A DNA stretch of 64,000 nt from an uncultured Bifidobacteriaceae bacterium (GCA_964446605.1 CAYUPN010000005.1:5039-69038); one strand, 5' to 3'. Counted from the stretch's first letter, positions 9,743-19,224 are shown. Numbers and translations are program-made. Notes: generated by a model from the sequence alone, not told the origin.

Positions 9743-10201
9743 CTATGACCTCTGGCTGCGTTCCTTCGCTCGCCGCAGCGCCGCGAGGCACTCGTCGGCA
9801 AGCACGCCGCCCATGACCTGGGGGACTGGCGGCCATCCTTCGAACTCGCGGTCGGCAAGGATGGCATAGGAGGACGTCCAGGCGCCGGCCTGTCCCGCCG
9901 GCACGCCATAGAACACGCGGCCGATGCCCGTCCGCCGGATGGCGTACCCGCACAGCACGCACGGTTCGACGGTCGTATACAGCGAGCAGCCGCGCAGATC
10001 CAGCGTATCGAGACGCTGGCACGCCTGACGGATCGCTTCCACTTCGGCGTGCGCGCTGGGGTCGCGTGCCGCCCGGGTCCGTTCAACCCCTTCACCGACG
10101 ATTTCGTCGCCACGAACGATCAGCGCGCCCACCGCCGTGTCGCCGGCCTGCGCAGCCATCTCCGCCAGCTCCACGCACCGCCGCATGTACACCGTCGTCA
10201 T
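9743..10201 (-). CDS. nucleoside deaminase (TadA/guanine deaminase-like)
   Basis: AHAEVEAIR and TTVEPCVLC zinc motifs; start re-picked at MTTVYM. Confidence 0.87.
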   Translation of the reverse strand: MTTVYMRRCVELAEMAAQAGDTAVGALIVRGDEIVGEGVERTRAARDPSAHAEVEAIRQACQRLDTLDLRGCSLYTTVEPCVLCGYAIRRTGIGRVFYGVPAGQAGAWTSSYAILADREFEGWPPVPQVMGGVLADECLAALRRAKERSQRS

Positions 10202-10258
10202 GGCACGATGGTAGCGCGCGACACGACATCGCAACGCGATGCTCGCCGCGCGGCCGGT

Positions 10259-10873
10259 TCACTCGTGTCGCGTCGACGGCTGGGGCGGCATCGTGCGGCG
10301 CCTGGACAGGCACGCCCAGGCGCGCCAGGCCGGGTCGTCGCCGTGAAACTCGGTCGTGCGCAGCGAGACGATCTCCAGCGCCGGCTCGATGGCCGTGACG
10401 ATATCGAGCGCGCTGCGGCGCGGGGGCCCCTGTTCGCGCGCCGGACCTTCGGTGCTGCCGATGACGCTCAGCCACAGGCCCTCCGGCCGCAGAAGGCTCG
10501 CCACGCGTGCGGCGAACCGCGCCCGCTCCCCGGCTTCATCGAACACGTGAAATGCGCCTCGATCGAACACGAAGTCGAACGGTCCCTGGACAGCCTCGTC
10601 TGCGAGAAAGTCCGCGTGCACGAAGCTGATTCGAGGAGCACGGCCGGCCCTCGCGCGGGCCATTTCGACCGCGCGCTCCGCGATGTCGACGCCGACCACC
10701 TCGAGCCCCTCGCCGGCGAGCCACACGGCGTTCGTCCCGGTGCCGCTGCCGACCTCGAGCGCGCGGCCAGGCCCCACGACGCCGCCCCTGACGAGCTGCA
10801 TCAGGTGCGGATCCGGTTCATCCGTATCCCACGGCAGCTCGCCGCGAAGGTAGTGTTCGTTCCAGTCGTGCAT
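10259..10873 (-). CDS. class I SAM methyltransferase (TPMT-like)
   Basis: PWD...PD, ALEVGSGTG, GVDIA, FDFVFDRGAFH. Confidence 0.85.
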   Translation of the reverse strand: MHDWNEHYLRGELPWDTDEPDPHLMQLVRGGVVGPGRALEVGSGTGTNAVWLAGEGLEVVGVDIAERAVEMARARAGRAPRISFVHADFLADEAVQGPFDFVFDRGAFHVFDEAGERARFAARVASLLRPEGLWLSVIGSTEGPAREQGPPRRSALDIVTAIEPALEIVSLRTTEFHGDDPAWRAWACLSRRRTMPPQPSTRHE

Positions 10874-10879
10874 CGAACT

Positions 10880-11102
10880 CCTCACGTACGCCGCAGGGTG
10901 CAGGCGAGATATCCAGCCCAGGGAGCAGATAGTCGCGGAACCCCGGTCCGCCGTGCAGCGCGATGACTGCGGGACCCGTGCCGGCCTCCCGAACGGACAC
11001 GGTGATGCCGTCGGCGACCGTGAGCCATCGTTGCGCGGACTGAACGGCGTGAACAGCCCCGATCGAAAGCGCGGCAACGACGATGGCGGACGGAAGGTTC
11101 AC
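10880..11102 (-). pseudogene. truncated alpha/beta hydrolase (N-terminal fragment only)
   Basis: Signal peptide then WLTVADGITVSVREAGTGPAVIALHGGPG..DYL; similarity is lost afterwards and there is no GxSxG motif. Confidence 0.6.
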
Positions 11103-11272
11103 GGCCGGACGATATCACGTGGCGATGATCGGAAGCCCGGCCGAGCAGCCACGTTCAACGGCTGTCCGTGCGCTGGCCAGGTTCTTGCCCTCACATGACC
11201 CGACCGGCGTGGCTCCGCCGGTCTGCGAGGTGCTCCATGGCTCATCGGCACAGCGATCGACCAGAGGCGGAC

Positions 11273-11986
11273 ATGAGCCGGCGCGGCTTTGTGTCACGAG
11301 CGGGCGCGACGGGCATGGTGCTCGTGATGCCGGCGTGGGTAGCAGCTCAGCGGCCTGGCGGCTCGACGCCACCTCCGTCAAAGGACGCGCCAGACGAGGA
11401 GGAGGGTGTGGCGCCACCCGAAGACCTGATGCGGGAACACGGCGTGCTGAACCGCATCCTGCTGATCTATCAGGAGGGCATCCGGCGCATCGATGCCCAC
11501 CAGGAGCTGCCGCCGGATCCGGTCAGGAACAGCGCACAGATCATCCGGTCGTTCATCGAGGACTATCACGAGAAGCTCGAGGAGAACTACCTCTTCCCAC
11601 GGTTCGAGAGAGCCGGGAAGCTCGTCGACCTGACCACCGTGCTACGGGCTCAGCATCAGGCGGGCCGCATACTCACGGACCAGGTCACGCATCTGGCAAC
11701 CGCCGCCTCATTGAAGGATTCGTCCCTTGCCGCCGGACTGCAGGAGGCCATGCGTCAGTTCGTCCGGATGTACGCGCCGCACGAGGCGCGCGAAGACACG
11801 GTGCTCTTTCCGGCACTGCGGACCATCGTGTCGAAGAACGAGTTCGATGCGCTTGGCGAAGACTTCGAAAGGAAGGAGCACCAGCTGTTCGGCGAGGATG
11901 GATTCGCAAAGGTGGTCGACCGTGTGGCATCGATCGAACGGGCGCTCGGAATCCACGACCTGGCGCAGTTCACGCCGCACGTGTAA
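11273..11986 (+). CDS. hemerythrin domain protein with twin-arginine (Tat) signal
   Basis: MSRRGFVS plus hydrophobic stretch; EHG, YHEKLEE..LFP, QHQAGR, HEAREDTVLFP HHE motifs. Confidence 0.85.
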   Translation: MSRRGFVSRAGATGMVLVMPAWVAAQRPGGSTPPPSKDAPDEEEGVAPPEDLMREHGVLNRILLIYQEGIRRIDAHQELPPDPVRNSAQIIRSFIEDYHEKLEENYLFPRFERAGKLVDLTTVLRAQHQAGRILTDQVTHLATAASLKDSSLAAGLQEAMRQFVRMYAPHEAREDTVLFPALRTIVSKNEFDALGEDFERKEHQLFGEDGFAKVVDRVASIERALGIHDLAQFTPHV

Positions 11987-12045
11987 CAAGACTCACGCCG
12001 GCAGAACCAGCGTCGTACTGGCCGGCCGCGTTCAGGTCGTCGCGC

Positions 12046-13188
12046 TCAGCGCCGGCCGCGGAACGGATGCACCATCTGCCGCATCCAGCCCGATGGGACC
12101 TCGGGACCTCCGCTCAACCCGTAGCGAGAGGGCCACCGATCCGGCAGGTAGTAGGTGCCGAACAGCACATCCCAGATCGGGGTGTGCACGGCAAAGTTCT
12201 TGTCCGCGGCTTCACGCTCGGCGCTGTGGTGCCAGTGGTGAAATGCCGGCGTCGCGACGATCCGGCGCACTCGCCGGAATGTCCAGTGGACGTTGGCGTG
12301 GATGAAGGTGGCCTGCGTCGCCACGAGGAACACGTATATCGCGAGCGCGGCCGTCGAAAAGCCGAGCAGGAAGATCGGAACGTAGGTGAGCCCGCGGGTG
12401 ACGATGACGTCGACCAGGTGCAGGCGGGAGCCTGCCAGCCAGTCCATCTCTTCGGCCGAGTGGTGAATGGCGTGGAATCGCCAGAGGAGCGGCACCGCGT
12501 GAAACATGCGATGCACCCAGTACTGCGTGAGGTCGGCGACGAGCACGATGAGCACGACCTGCACGGCGATCGGCAGACCGCCAACAGCGGCGGCAACCGC
12601 GCTGCCCCTCGCCCAGTCCAGTAGCACCAGCGCCGGGCGCAGCGTGAGCAGCGTGAGCACCTCGACGAACAGCGAGTTGACGAAGAAGTAGGTCAGATCC
12701 ACCGTCCAGTGCCGCCGGAACACCGCCTGCGCCGGCCGCAGCGCGAACAGGCGCTCGAGCGGCACGAACACCGCGGAATACAGCAGCAGGTTGAGCACGA
12801 AGAAGTCCACCGCCAGCCATGACTGCGCACCGCCGGCGGCCTCGTAGGCGCGCGCCTGCGATCCGCCGAGCAGCGCAGCCGCGAGGGTGGAGCCGAGTCC
12901 AATCAGCGCCAGCGCCTTGTTCCGGCGCAGCATCGCGCTGATGCTGCCGAGCACGAAGGCGGCCACCAGGGCAATGTGAATCAGCGCGCGCAGATACGGT
13001 GATGCGTAGATCGGGCGGAGCTCGTCGAAGGCGACATGGTCCGGAAAGCGCAGGCTGACGACCACGCCGAGCGCGGCGATGCCGAGCAGCGCGGATGCCA
13101 GGCCGCTGACGAAGCCATGACCGAAGCGGGTGGGTTCCGTCGTCTCGAGCGTGACGTGCGCGCGGTCAGGTCGGGTGGCGTCAGGCAT
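12046..13188 (-). CDS. sterol desaturase / fatty-acid hydroxylase family membrane di-iron enzyme
   Basis: His boxes YWVHRMFH, WRFHAIHHS, FIHAN, FHHWHH; WDVLFGT. Confidence 0.9.
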   Translation of the reverse strand: MPDATRPDRAHVTLETTEPTRFGHGFVSGLASALLGIAALGVVVSLRFPDHVAFDELRPIYASPYLRALIHIALVAAFVLGSISAMLRRNKALALIGLGSTLAAALLGGSQARAYEAAGGAQSWLAVDFFVLNLLLYSAVFVPLERLFALRPAQAVFRRHWTVDLTYFFVNSLFVEVLTLLTLRPALVLLDWARGSAVAAAVGGLPIAVQVVLIVLVADLTQYWVHRMFHAVPLLWRFHAIHHSAEEMDWLAGSRLHLVDVIVTRGLTYVPIFLLGFSTAALAIYVFLVATQATFIHANVHWTFRRVRRIVATPAFHHWHHSAEREAADKNFAVHTPIWDVLFGTYYLPDRWPSRYGLSGGPEVPSGWMRQMVHPFRGRR

Positions 13189-13200
13189 CGGGCGCGGGTG

Positions 13201-13920
13201 TCACGAGAGACGGTCGCTTGCGAATCGGCGTTCGTCCGCTCGAGGCAGCGCCCCGGTCATGCGGGTGAGAGCCCGCTCCAGCAGGCGGAAGAAGTCGATC
13301 GCTTCAAGCGGGCGATTGCACCAGCCCGTAGTGATGCAGTAGTGGCGATCATACCGACCGTGGTGGTGCGCCGCGTGCGCCACCGGCTTCAGCAGGATGC
13401 CAATCCTCTGAAGCATCCGCACGGGCCGCGGCGGGGTAGGCATATGCGCCCACTGATGAATCTGGTTCGTCATCACGCCGAACGCGCACAACCCGAGTCC
13501 GCCGACGGCAAGCGGTGCCCAGCGATCGAGCGGGACGAAGAGCAGCAACAGCAGCACCGGGACCGTCACGGCCGCCACGTCGCCGTTGGCGTCGAGGAAG
13601 CTCCGGCGGAGAATGTCGTTTGGATTGACGTGGTGCACGCGAAACGGCACCAGCAGGCGCGGGCCGAGAATCGGCAGATCCGCGCGCCCCCAGGTATCCG
13701 CGGCCCAGTGCACGATGCCGGAAAGAAAGTCCGCGACGACGATCCCGCCGAGCAGCGCCGCCGGCACCCACCATTGCCGCAGATCCACGCTGGCGACGAT
13801 GCGAGCGGCCAGCGTGGCCAGGAGCAACGCCGCGATTCCCAGCCAGAAGGCCCACAACACCAACTGCAGCCGCGTCGGATCGGGAAGCGCGGGGCGTGGT
13901 GTGGCGCTGACTATAGCCAC
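13201..13920 (-). CDS. CarF/Kua (TMEM189/FAD4) family lipid desaturase
   Basis: DFLSGIVHWAADTWG, FRVHH, NQIHQWAH, HAAHH, YCITTGWCN. Confidence 0.85.
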   Translation of the reverse strand: MAIVSATPRPALPDPTRLQLVLWAFWLGIAALLLATLAARIVASVDLRQWWVPAALLGGIVVADFLSGIVHWAADTWGRADLPILGPRLLVPFRVHHVNPNDILRRSFLDANGDVAAVTVPVLLLLLFVPLDRWAPLAVGGLGLCAFGVMTNQIHQWAHMPTPPRPVRMLQRIGILLKPVAHAAHHHGRYDRHYCITTGWCNRPLEAIDFFRLLERALTRMTGALPRADERRFASDRLS

Positions 13921-13989
13921 GTCGCTGTGTATCGGTCCGGCAGAATGGAGGCTTTGGCCTGTCTCTTCGCAGACCCGCTCAGATCCGGG

Positions 13990-14571
13990 TCAACGGCGCA
14001 TCCGATAGCGCAAGTGCAGCACCCGGTTGCCCTGAATTGCCACGTCAGGATCCTCCAACAGGTGCTGCGCGTCGACCGACCCGAAGTAGCGCCTGCCGGC
14101 CCCGAACACGACGGGTACAACATCCATGCGCACCTCGTCGACCAGACCTGCGGCCAGCACCTGGCCGCCGACGTCGCCCGCGGCGACCTCGACGATGCGG
14201 TCGCCCGCAAGCTCCTGCGCCCTGGCCACCGCTGCCTCGATGCCGTCGACGAAGTGAAACGGCGCTTCGGGGTCCCAGCCCTCGGGCTCCGGCCGGTGCG
14301 TCACGACGACCACATGGTCGATCCCGCTCGGCGGCTTCCCGCCCCAGCCTTCCGTCAGGTCGAAGACGTGGCGCCCGACGATGGTCACCCCAATCTGGTC
14401 CCAGTACGGCCGGACGTAGTCGTAGGACTTCTGCGACACCTTCAAAACGCCGCTCTCGTCCAGCGGCACGTCACCACCGGACAGCCACTCGAACAGGGGT
14501 CCGGGCTGATCGCTCTTGTCCGCGATGAAACCGTCTACCGACACGGAGGCGTACATGACTACCTTGCCCAC
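13990..14571 (-). CDS. dihydrofolate reductase / RibD C-terminal domain protein
   Basis: SVSVDGFIAD, GRHVFD, VVVTHRP, LVDEVRMDVVPVVFGAG; AAGGAG RBS before the GTG start. Confidence 0.87.
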   Translation of the reverse strand: MGKVVMYASVSVDGFIADKSDQPGPLFEWLSGGDVPLDESGVLKVSQKSYDYVRPYWDQIGVTIVGRHVFDLTEGWGGKPPSGIDHVVVVTHRPEPEGWDPEAPFHFVDGIEAAVARAQELAGDRIVEVAAGDVGGQVLAAGLVDEVRMDVVPVVFGAGRRYFGSVDAQHLLEDPDVAIQGNRVLHLRYRMRR

Positions 14572-14944
14572 GGGCGCTCCTTTTCTTCGGGTGCCCCACG
14601 ATAGCGTTTCGTGAGCTGTCAGTCTTGCAAGAAATCACTCGGCTGGCAGCAGCCAGCCTCCGGCACATCCCGGCCAGGTCGGGCGTGTGTATCTAGAATC
14701 CCGGTTCGACGCGCGGAACCTGCTCCATGACGGACGACGCGACGACCCGGCTCGCCCCCACGACGGCAAGCACACAGCTGCGCTGCCAAAGGCGAACTGG
14801 AGGGGAGTTTGAATCGCTGACCGGCCAACCGGACCTGCCTAGCGAAGCTAGCGCCTAGCAGGTGCCCTTCCACTCACACTGGGTTTGCTCAGGGCGACGT
14901 TCCTGAAGCTGGGTTCCGGGGCTCGAGATGAAGGGGAGAGAAAG

Positions 14945-15018
14945 TGGCTGGGAGGCAGGGATTCGAACCCCGATACCCTGGTCCAGAGCCAGGTGTCCTA
15001 CCGTTGAACGACCTCCCA
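14945..15018 (-). tRNA. tRNA-Gln (CTG)
   Basis: Reverse complement folds as a cloverleaf: anticodon arm CCTGG-CTCTGGA-CCAGG, T-loop GGTTCGAATCC, encoded CCA. Confidence 0.96.
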
Positions 15019-15209
15019 GCAAGGCCGGTCGGACCGGAGGGGAAGGATCAGTTTAACCCACGAGGCTGAAACCGGCAAGGTCGGAGCCCGGCCAGACGCT
15101 GGATCCCGGCTCGAGGTGTGCCCGCGAAAAGGGCGCGCGTTACTCTGGTACGAGTGTATCCGCACGTTCGTCCGCAGGCGCAGCAGACGGGCGCGGGCAG
15201 AGGGGCGAC

Positions 15210-15839
15210 ATGCGCGTGCTGGTGCTGGGCGCGACGGGAACTGTGGGACGGCTCGCGACGGGTGACGCGCTAGCCCGCGGGCATGTGGTGACGGCCCTGG
15301 TCCGGAGCCCCGAGAAGCGGGGAGAGCTGACCGGGCAGGTGCGCGTCGTGCCGGGCGACGCGCTGGACGCCGACGCGGTCGGGCGGGCGGTGGCGGGACA
15401 GGACGCGGTCCTCTACGTGCTCGGCGCCGGCAACGTCCGCCGGACGACCCTGTTCTCGGACTCGACGCGCATCCTGATCGCCGCGATGCGGCAGCACGAC
15501 GTCCGCCGCCTGGTTGCGGTGACCGGCGTCGGCGCCGGCGAGACGAAGGGGCACGGCGGGTTCCTCTACGACCGCATCCTCTACCCGCTGTTCACGAAGG
15601 GCGTGTACGAAGACAAGGATCGGCAGGAGACGCTGATCCTCGCCAGCGGCCTGGACTGGACGATCGTCCGGCCCGCGCCGTTCCGGAACGGCGTGCCGGC
15701 CGGGCCGCTGCGCGCGGTGACGGACGTGACCGGCGTCACGCTGCGGAAGATCGGCAGGGCGGAGGTCGCGACGTTCCTGGTGGACGAGCTGGAGCAGGGA
15801 CGGTACGTCGGGAAGGCGGTGTTCGTCGGGCACGAGTAA
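15210..15839 (+). CDS. NAD(P)H-binding protein (atypical SDR, flavin reductase/BLVRB-like)
   Basis: VLVLGATGTVG Rossmann motif, LDWTIVRP, R.EVA.F. Confidence 0.88.
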   Translation: MRVLVLGATGTVGRLATGDALARGHVVTALVRSPEKRGELTGQVRVVPGDALDADAVGRAVAGQDAVLYVLGAGNVRRTTLFSDSTRILIAAMRQHDVRRLVAVTGVGAGETKGHGGFLYDRILYPLFTKGVYEDKDRQETLILASGLDWTIVRPAPFRNGVPAGPLRAVTDVTGVTLRKIGRAEVATFLVDELEQGRYVGKAVFVGHE

Positions 15840-15937
15840 GCCGGATCGGAGGTCCGCCGGAAGGCGGGCCCGACAGGCCCGCCGCTACAGCGACGCCATG
15901 GGGTGGAACGAGCTATGCAGTTGCTGCCGGCTGAGCC

Positions 15938-16726
15938 GTGCGCACACTGCTGATCTGCCATCAGAACAATCGACTGGACGCCGACATCATGCCGCGATGG
16001 CTGGCGTCGTTCTCCACGCTGACGGGCGTCGTCTCGATCGCGGACACGCCCGGCGGGCTGTGGCGCCGCATGCGGCGCGAGCTGCGCCGCGTCGGCCCGG
16101 TCCGGCTGCTGGACGTGATGGCGTTCCGCCTGTATTACGCGATGACGCTCGCGAACGCGGATCGCCGCTGGGAGGACGCGCAGCTGCGCGACCTCGGCGC
16201 ACGCTACACGCCTGTGAACGGCGCCGTTCCACGCCTGGAAACGACCTCCCCGAACACGTCCGACGTCGAGGCCTTCATCCGCCGCGCCGCTCCCGACATC
16301 GTCATCGCACGCTGCAAGTTCCTGCTGAAGGAGGCGATCTTCTCGATACCGCGCGACGGGACGTTCGTCATCCATCCGGGCATCTGCCCGGAGTACCGCA
16401 ACGCGCACGGCTGCTTCTGGGCGCTGGCGGAGCGTGACACCGGGCGCGTCGGCGCGACGTTGCTGCGGATCGACCGCGGCATCGACACGGGCCCGGTGTT
16501 CGGCTACTTCCACGCCGCGATCGACGAAGCCGCCGAATCACACATCCGCATCCAGTCGCGCGTCGTCTACGACAACCTCGACCCGATCGCCGAACGGCTG
16601 CGCGCCGTCCATGCCGGCACGGCGACGCCCGTCGAGACGAACGGCCGACCATCCGCCGTGTGGGGACAGCCCTGGCTGACGAAGCACCTGCGGTGGAAGC
16701 GCCTCGCACGCGGGAGCGTCACATGA
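15938..16726 (+). CDS. formyltransferase domain protein
   Basis: IHPGICPEYRNAHGCFWAL, GATL..ID.GIDTGP. Confidence 0.82.
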   Translation: MRTLLICHQNNRLDADIMPRWLASFSTLTGVVSIADTPGGLWRRMRRELRRVGPVRLLDVMAFRLYYAMTLANADRRWEDAQLRDLGARYTPVNGAVPRLETTSPNTSDVEAFIRRAAPDIVIARCKFLLKEAIFSIPRDGTFVIHPGICPEYRNAHGCFWALAERDTGRVGATLLRIDRGIDTGPVFGYFHAAIDEAAESHIRIQSRVVYDNLDPIAERLRAVHAGTATPVETNGRPSAVWGQPWLTKHLRWKRLARGSVT

Positions 16727-17511
16727 GAGCGCTCGCGCTGATGTATCACGACGTGTTCGACGAGGCCGGACCCGACTCGACCGGGATGCCGGGACCCGCC
16801 GCGGCGCGGTACAAGCTCGACCGGAATGCCTTCGCCGCACACGTGCGCGCGCTCGCGTCCGCCTCGACGCGGCTGAACGACGTCACGCTGCTGCGCGAGC
16901 ACGCCTCATCTGATCCACCGGTCGCGATTACGTTCGACGATGGGGGCGTGAGCGCGAGGACGGTGATTGCCGACATGCTCGAGGAGGCGGCGTGGCGGGG
17001 ACACTTCCTGGTGACCGCCGGATGGGTGGGGCGGCCGACGTTCCTCAGCCCGCCGCAGATCCGCGAACTCCGCAGCCGCGGCCACGTCATCGGGTCGCAT
17101 TCGTTCTCCCACCCGACGCGCATGTCGGCCTGCACACCCGCGCAGCTCGTGCGCGAGTGGACGGACAGCGTGAAGCTGCTGTCGGACATCCTCGGCGAGC
17201 CGGTGCGCGTCGCGTCTGTGCCGGGCGGCTACTACGCGCGGCACGTCGCCGAGCCGCTCGCCGGCCTCGGCGTCACGTCGCTCTTCACGTCGGAGCCAAC
17301 CACTCGGTGCTGGGACGTGAACGGGTGCACGGTGCTGGGACGGTTCACGGTGTGGCGACACACGCCGGTCGAGTCCGTGGCGGCGCTGGCCACGGGGCGG
17401 CTGCGGCCGCGGATGGCGCAGGCGGTGGCGTGGAACGCGAGAAGGGTTGCGAAGGTGGTGGGAGGGGAGAGGTATCTGGCGTTGCAGCGGAGGATTTTCG
17501 GGGAGGCGTGA
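16723..17511 (+). CDS. polysaccharide deacetylase (CE4/NodB) family protein
   Basis: LMYHDV, ITFDDG, IGSHSFSHP, SVPGG; ATGA overlap with the upstream gene. Confidence 0.87.
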   Translation: MRALALMYHDVFDEAGPDSTGMPGPAAARYKLDRNAFAAHVRALASASTRLNDVTLLREHASSDPPVAITFDDGGVSARTVIADMLEEAAWRGHFLVTAGWVGRPTFLSPPQIRELRSRGHVIGSHSFSHPTRMSACTPAQLVREWTDSVKLLSDILGEPVRVASVPGGYYARHVAEPLAGLGVTSLFTSEPTTRCWDVNGCTVLGRFTVWRHTPVESVAALATGRLRPRMAQAVAWNARRVAKVVGGERYLALQRRIFGEA

Positions 17512-17523
17512 CGGGCGATCTCA

Positions 17524-17560
17524 CAGGCCTTGGGCTTCAGGCTTCAGGCCTTGGGCTCGG
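17524..17560. repeat. short imperfect intergenic tandem repeat (CAGGCCTTGGGCT x2 separated by TCAGGCT)
   Basis: Read directly; lies between convergent genes. Confidence 0.55.
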
Positions 17561-17627
17561 GTCGGCCTTGCGGCTACAACCAGCTGCTCTCAGAAGCGAC
17601 ATTCACTGTCGCGCTGATGCCAGGTGA

Positions 17628-17654
17628 ATGGCCGAACTGAAGTTCGGCCCTACG
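17628..17654. repeat. GTAG-type REP palindrome, copy 1
   Basis: atggccgaactgaagttcggccctacg (GGCCGAACT/AGTTCGGCC hairpin plus CTAC); identical 27-mer at 55720-55746. Confidence 0.8.
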
Positions 17655-19110
17655 ACGCTTCCAGGAACGCTGCCAAACGTTCCAGCCGTTCGACGCCGCG
17701 TCCCTTTCCAATCAGCACCAGCGTCTCGAAGAGGCCCGGGCTGACCGCCTTGCCGGTCAGCGCGATCCGCGTCGCGTGGATGAGCGTGCCGGCCTTGATG
17801 CCGGCGCGTTCGGCGATCTCGCGCAGGACGCGCTCGGTCGACGCCTCGTCGAACGGCTCGAGCGTGCGATACGCGTTCGCCAGCTCCCGCAGGTGCGCTC
17901 CAAGACCGGGCGCCTTGAGGTGCTTCGCGACGGCGGACTCATCATAGGACTGCACGTCACCGAGGAACGGCACCAGCTGCGGCGCGAAGTCGCCGAGCCG
18001 CTTCGCGCGCGGGACGAGGAGCGACAGGACGCGCAGGAACCAGTCGCGCCGCGGACCGGTCAGATCATCCGACCAGAGATCCGCCGCCTCGAGCTCCGGG
18101 CGCACGCGCGCAATCAGATCGTCGGGCGCCAGCCGCGCCAGGTGCTGCGCGTTGAACCACTCGAGCTTCTCGGGATTGAAGACGGCATTGCCGCCGCTGA
18201 TGCCCTCGAGCGTGAAGCGCGCGACGAGTTCGTCGCGCGTGAACAGCTCCTCGTCGGTCCCGGGCGACCACCCGAGCAGCGCGAGGAAGTTGACCATCGC
18301 CTCGGACAGGTAGCCCTGCCGCTGGTACTCGGTCACCGACGTCGCACCGTGCCGCTTGCTCAGCCGCTTCTTGTCGGGGCCGAGGATCAGCGGGACATGG
18401 GCGAACTGCGGCACAGCAGCGCCAAACGCGCGATAGAGCAGGATCTGCTTCGGCGTGTTCGAGATGTGATCGTCACCCCGGACCACGTGCGTGATCCGCA
18501 TCTCCACATCGTCGCAGACGACGGAGAGCTGGTACGTGGGCTGGCCGTCGGAGCGCAGGAGGACGAAGTCCTCGACGGTCGCGTGGTCGATGGTGATCGG
18601 CCCGTGCACCAGGTCCTCGAACGTCGTCTCGCCCTCCGGCACGCGCATGCGAACCGCACGGGGCGCGCCTTCCGCTTCGAGCTTCGCAATTTCACCGGCG
18701 CTCAACGACAGGCAACGCCGGTCGTAGATCCACCCTTCGCCGCGTGATTCGGCGGCACTGCGCTCCTGCTGCAGCCGCTCGACGGAGCAGTAGCAGTGAT
18801 ACGCGAGCCCGCGCTGGACGAGCTCCGCCGCTCGCGCGCGATGCCGGTCGAACCGTTCGGACTGGAAGTACGGGCCGTGCTCACCGCCGACGTCGGGCCC
18901 TTCGTCCCAGTCGAGCCCGAGCCAGCGCATGCCGTCGACGATGCCGCTGACCATCTCCCAGGAGGAGCGCTCGGCGTCGGTGTCTTCGATACGGAGGACG
19001 AACACGCCCCCGTGGCGCCGTGCGAACAGCCAGTTGAAGAGCGCCGTGCGGGCGCCGCCGACATGCAGATAGCCGGTCGGGGATGGAGCGAAGCGGACGC
19101 GAACTGTCAT
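17650..19110 (-). CDS. gltX: glutamate--tRNA ligase
   Basis: VRFAPSPTGYLHVGG, LRIEDTD, THVVRGDDHISNTPKQ, RLSKRHG, SPGLFE. Confidence 0.97.
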   Translation of the reverse strand: MTVRVRFAPSPTGYLHVGGARTALFNWLFARRHGGVFVLRIEDTDAERSSWEMVSGIVDGMRWLGLDWDEGPDVGGEHGPYFQSERFDRHRARAAELVQRGLAYHCYCSVERLQQERSAAESRGEGWIYDRRCLSLSAGEIAKLEAEGAPRAVRMRVPEGETTFEDLVHGPITIDHATVEDFVLLRSDGQPTYQLSVVCDDVEMRITHVVRGDDHISNTPKQILLYRAFGAAVPQFAHVPLILGPDKKRLSKRHGATSVTEYQRQGYLSEAMVNFLALLGWSPGTDEELFTRDELVARFTLEGISGGNAVFNPEKLEWFNAQHLARLAPDDLIARVRPELEAADLWSDDLTGPRRDWFLRVLSLLVPRAKRLGDFAPQLVPFLGDVQSYDESAVAKHLKAPGLGAHLRELANAYRTLEPFDEASTERVLREIAERAGIKAGTLIHATRIALTGKAVSPGLFETLVLIGKGRGVERLERLAAFLEAS

Positions 19111-19224
19111 CGGAGATCGAGCGATCGGAGTGAACTGCCGGACGGCCCGGCGAGTGCGATGCGTCGACGTCCAGTATACCGTCCGCGTCCCGCGGCAGCC
19201 GGTCGGCCGGCAGCGCCCTCCCGT

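Noticed and set aside
13201-13920. Asserting plasmalogen biosynthesis (carF)
   Set aside because: An apparently essential His is Arg here, and no ether-lipid synthesis genes are visible in the window.
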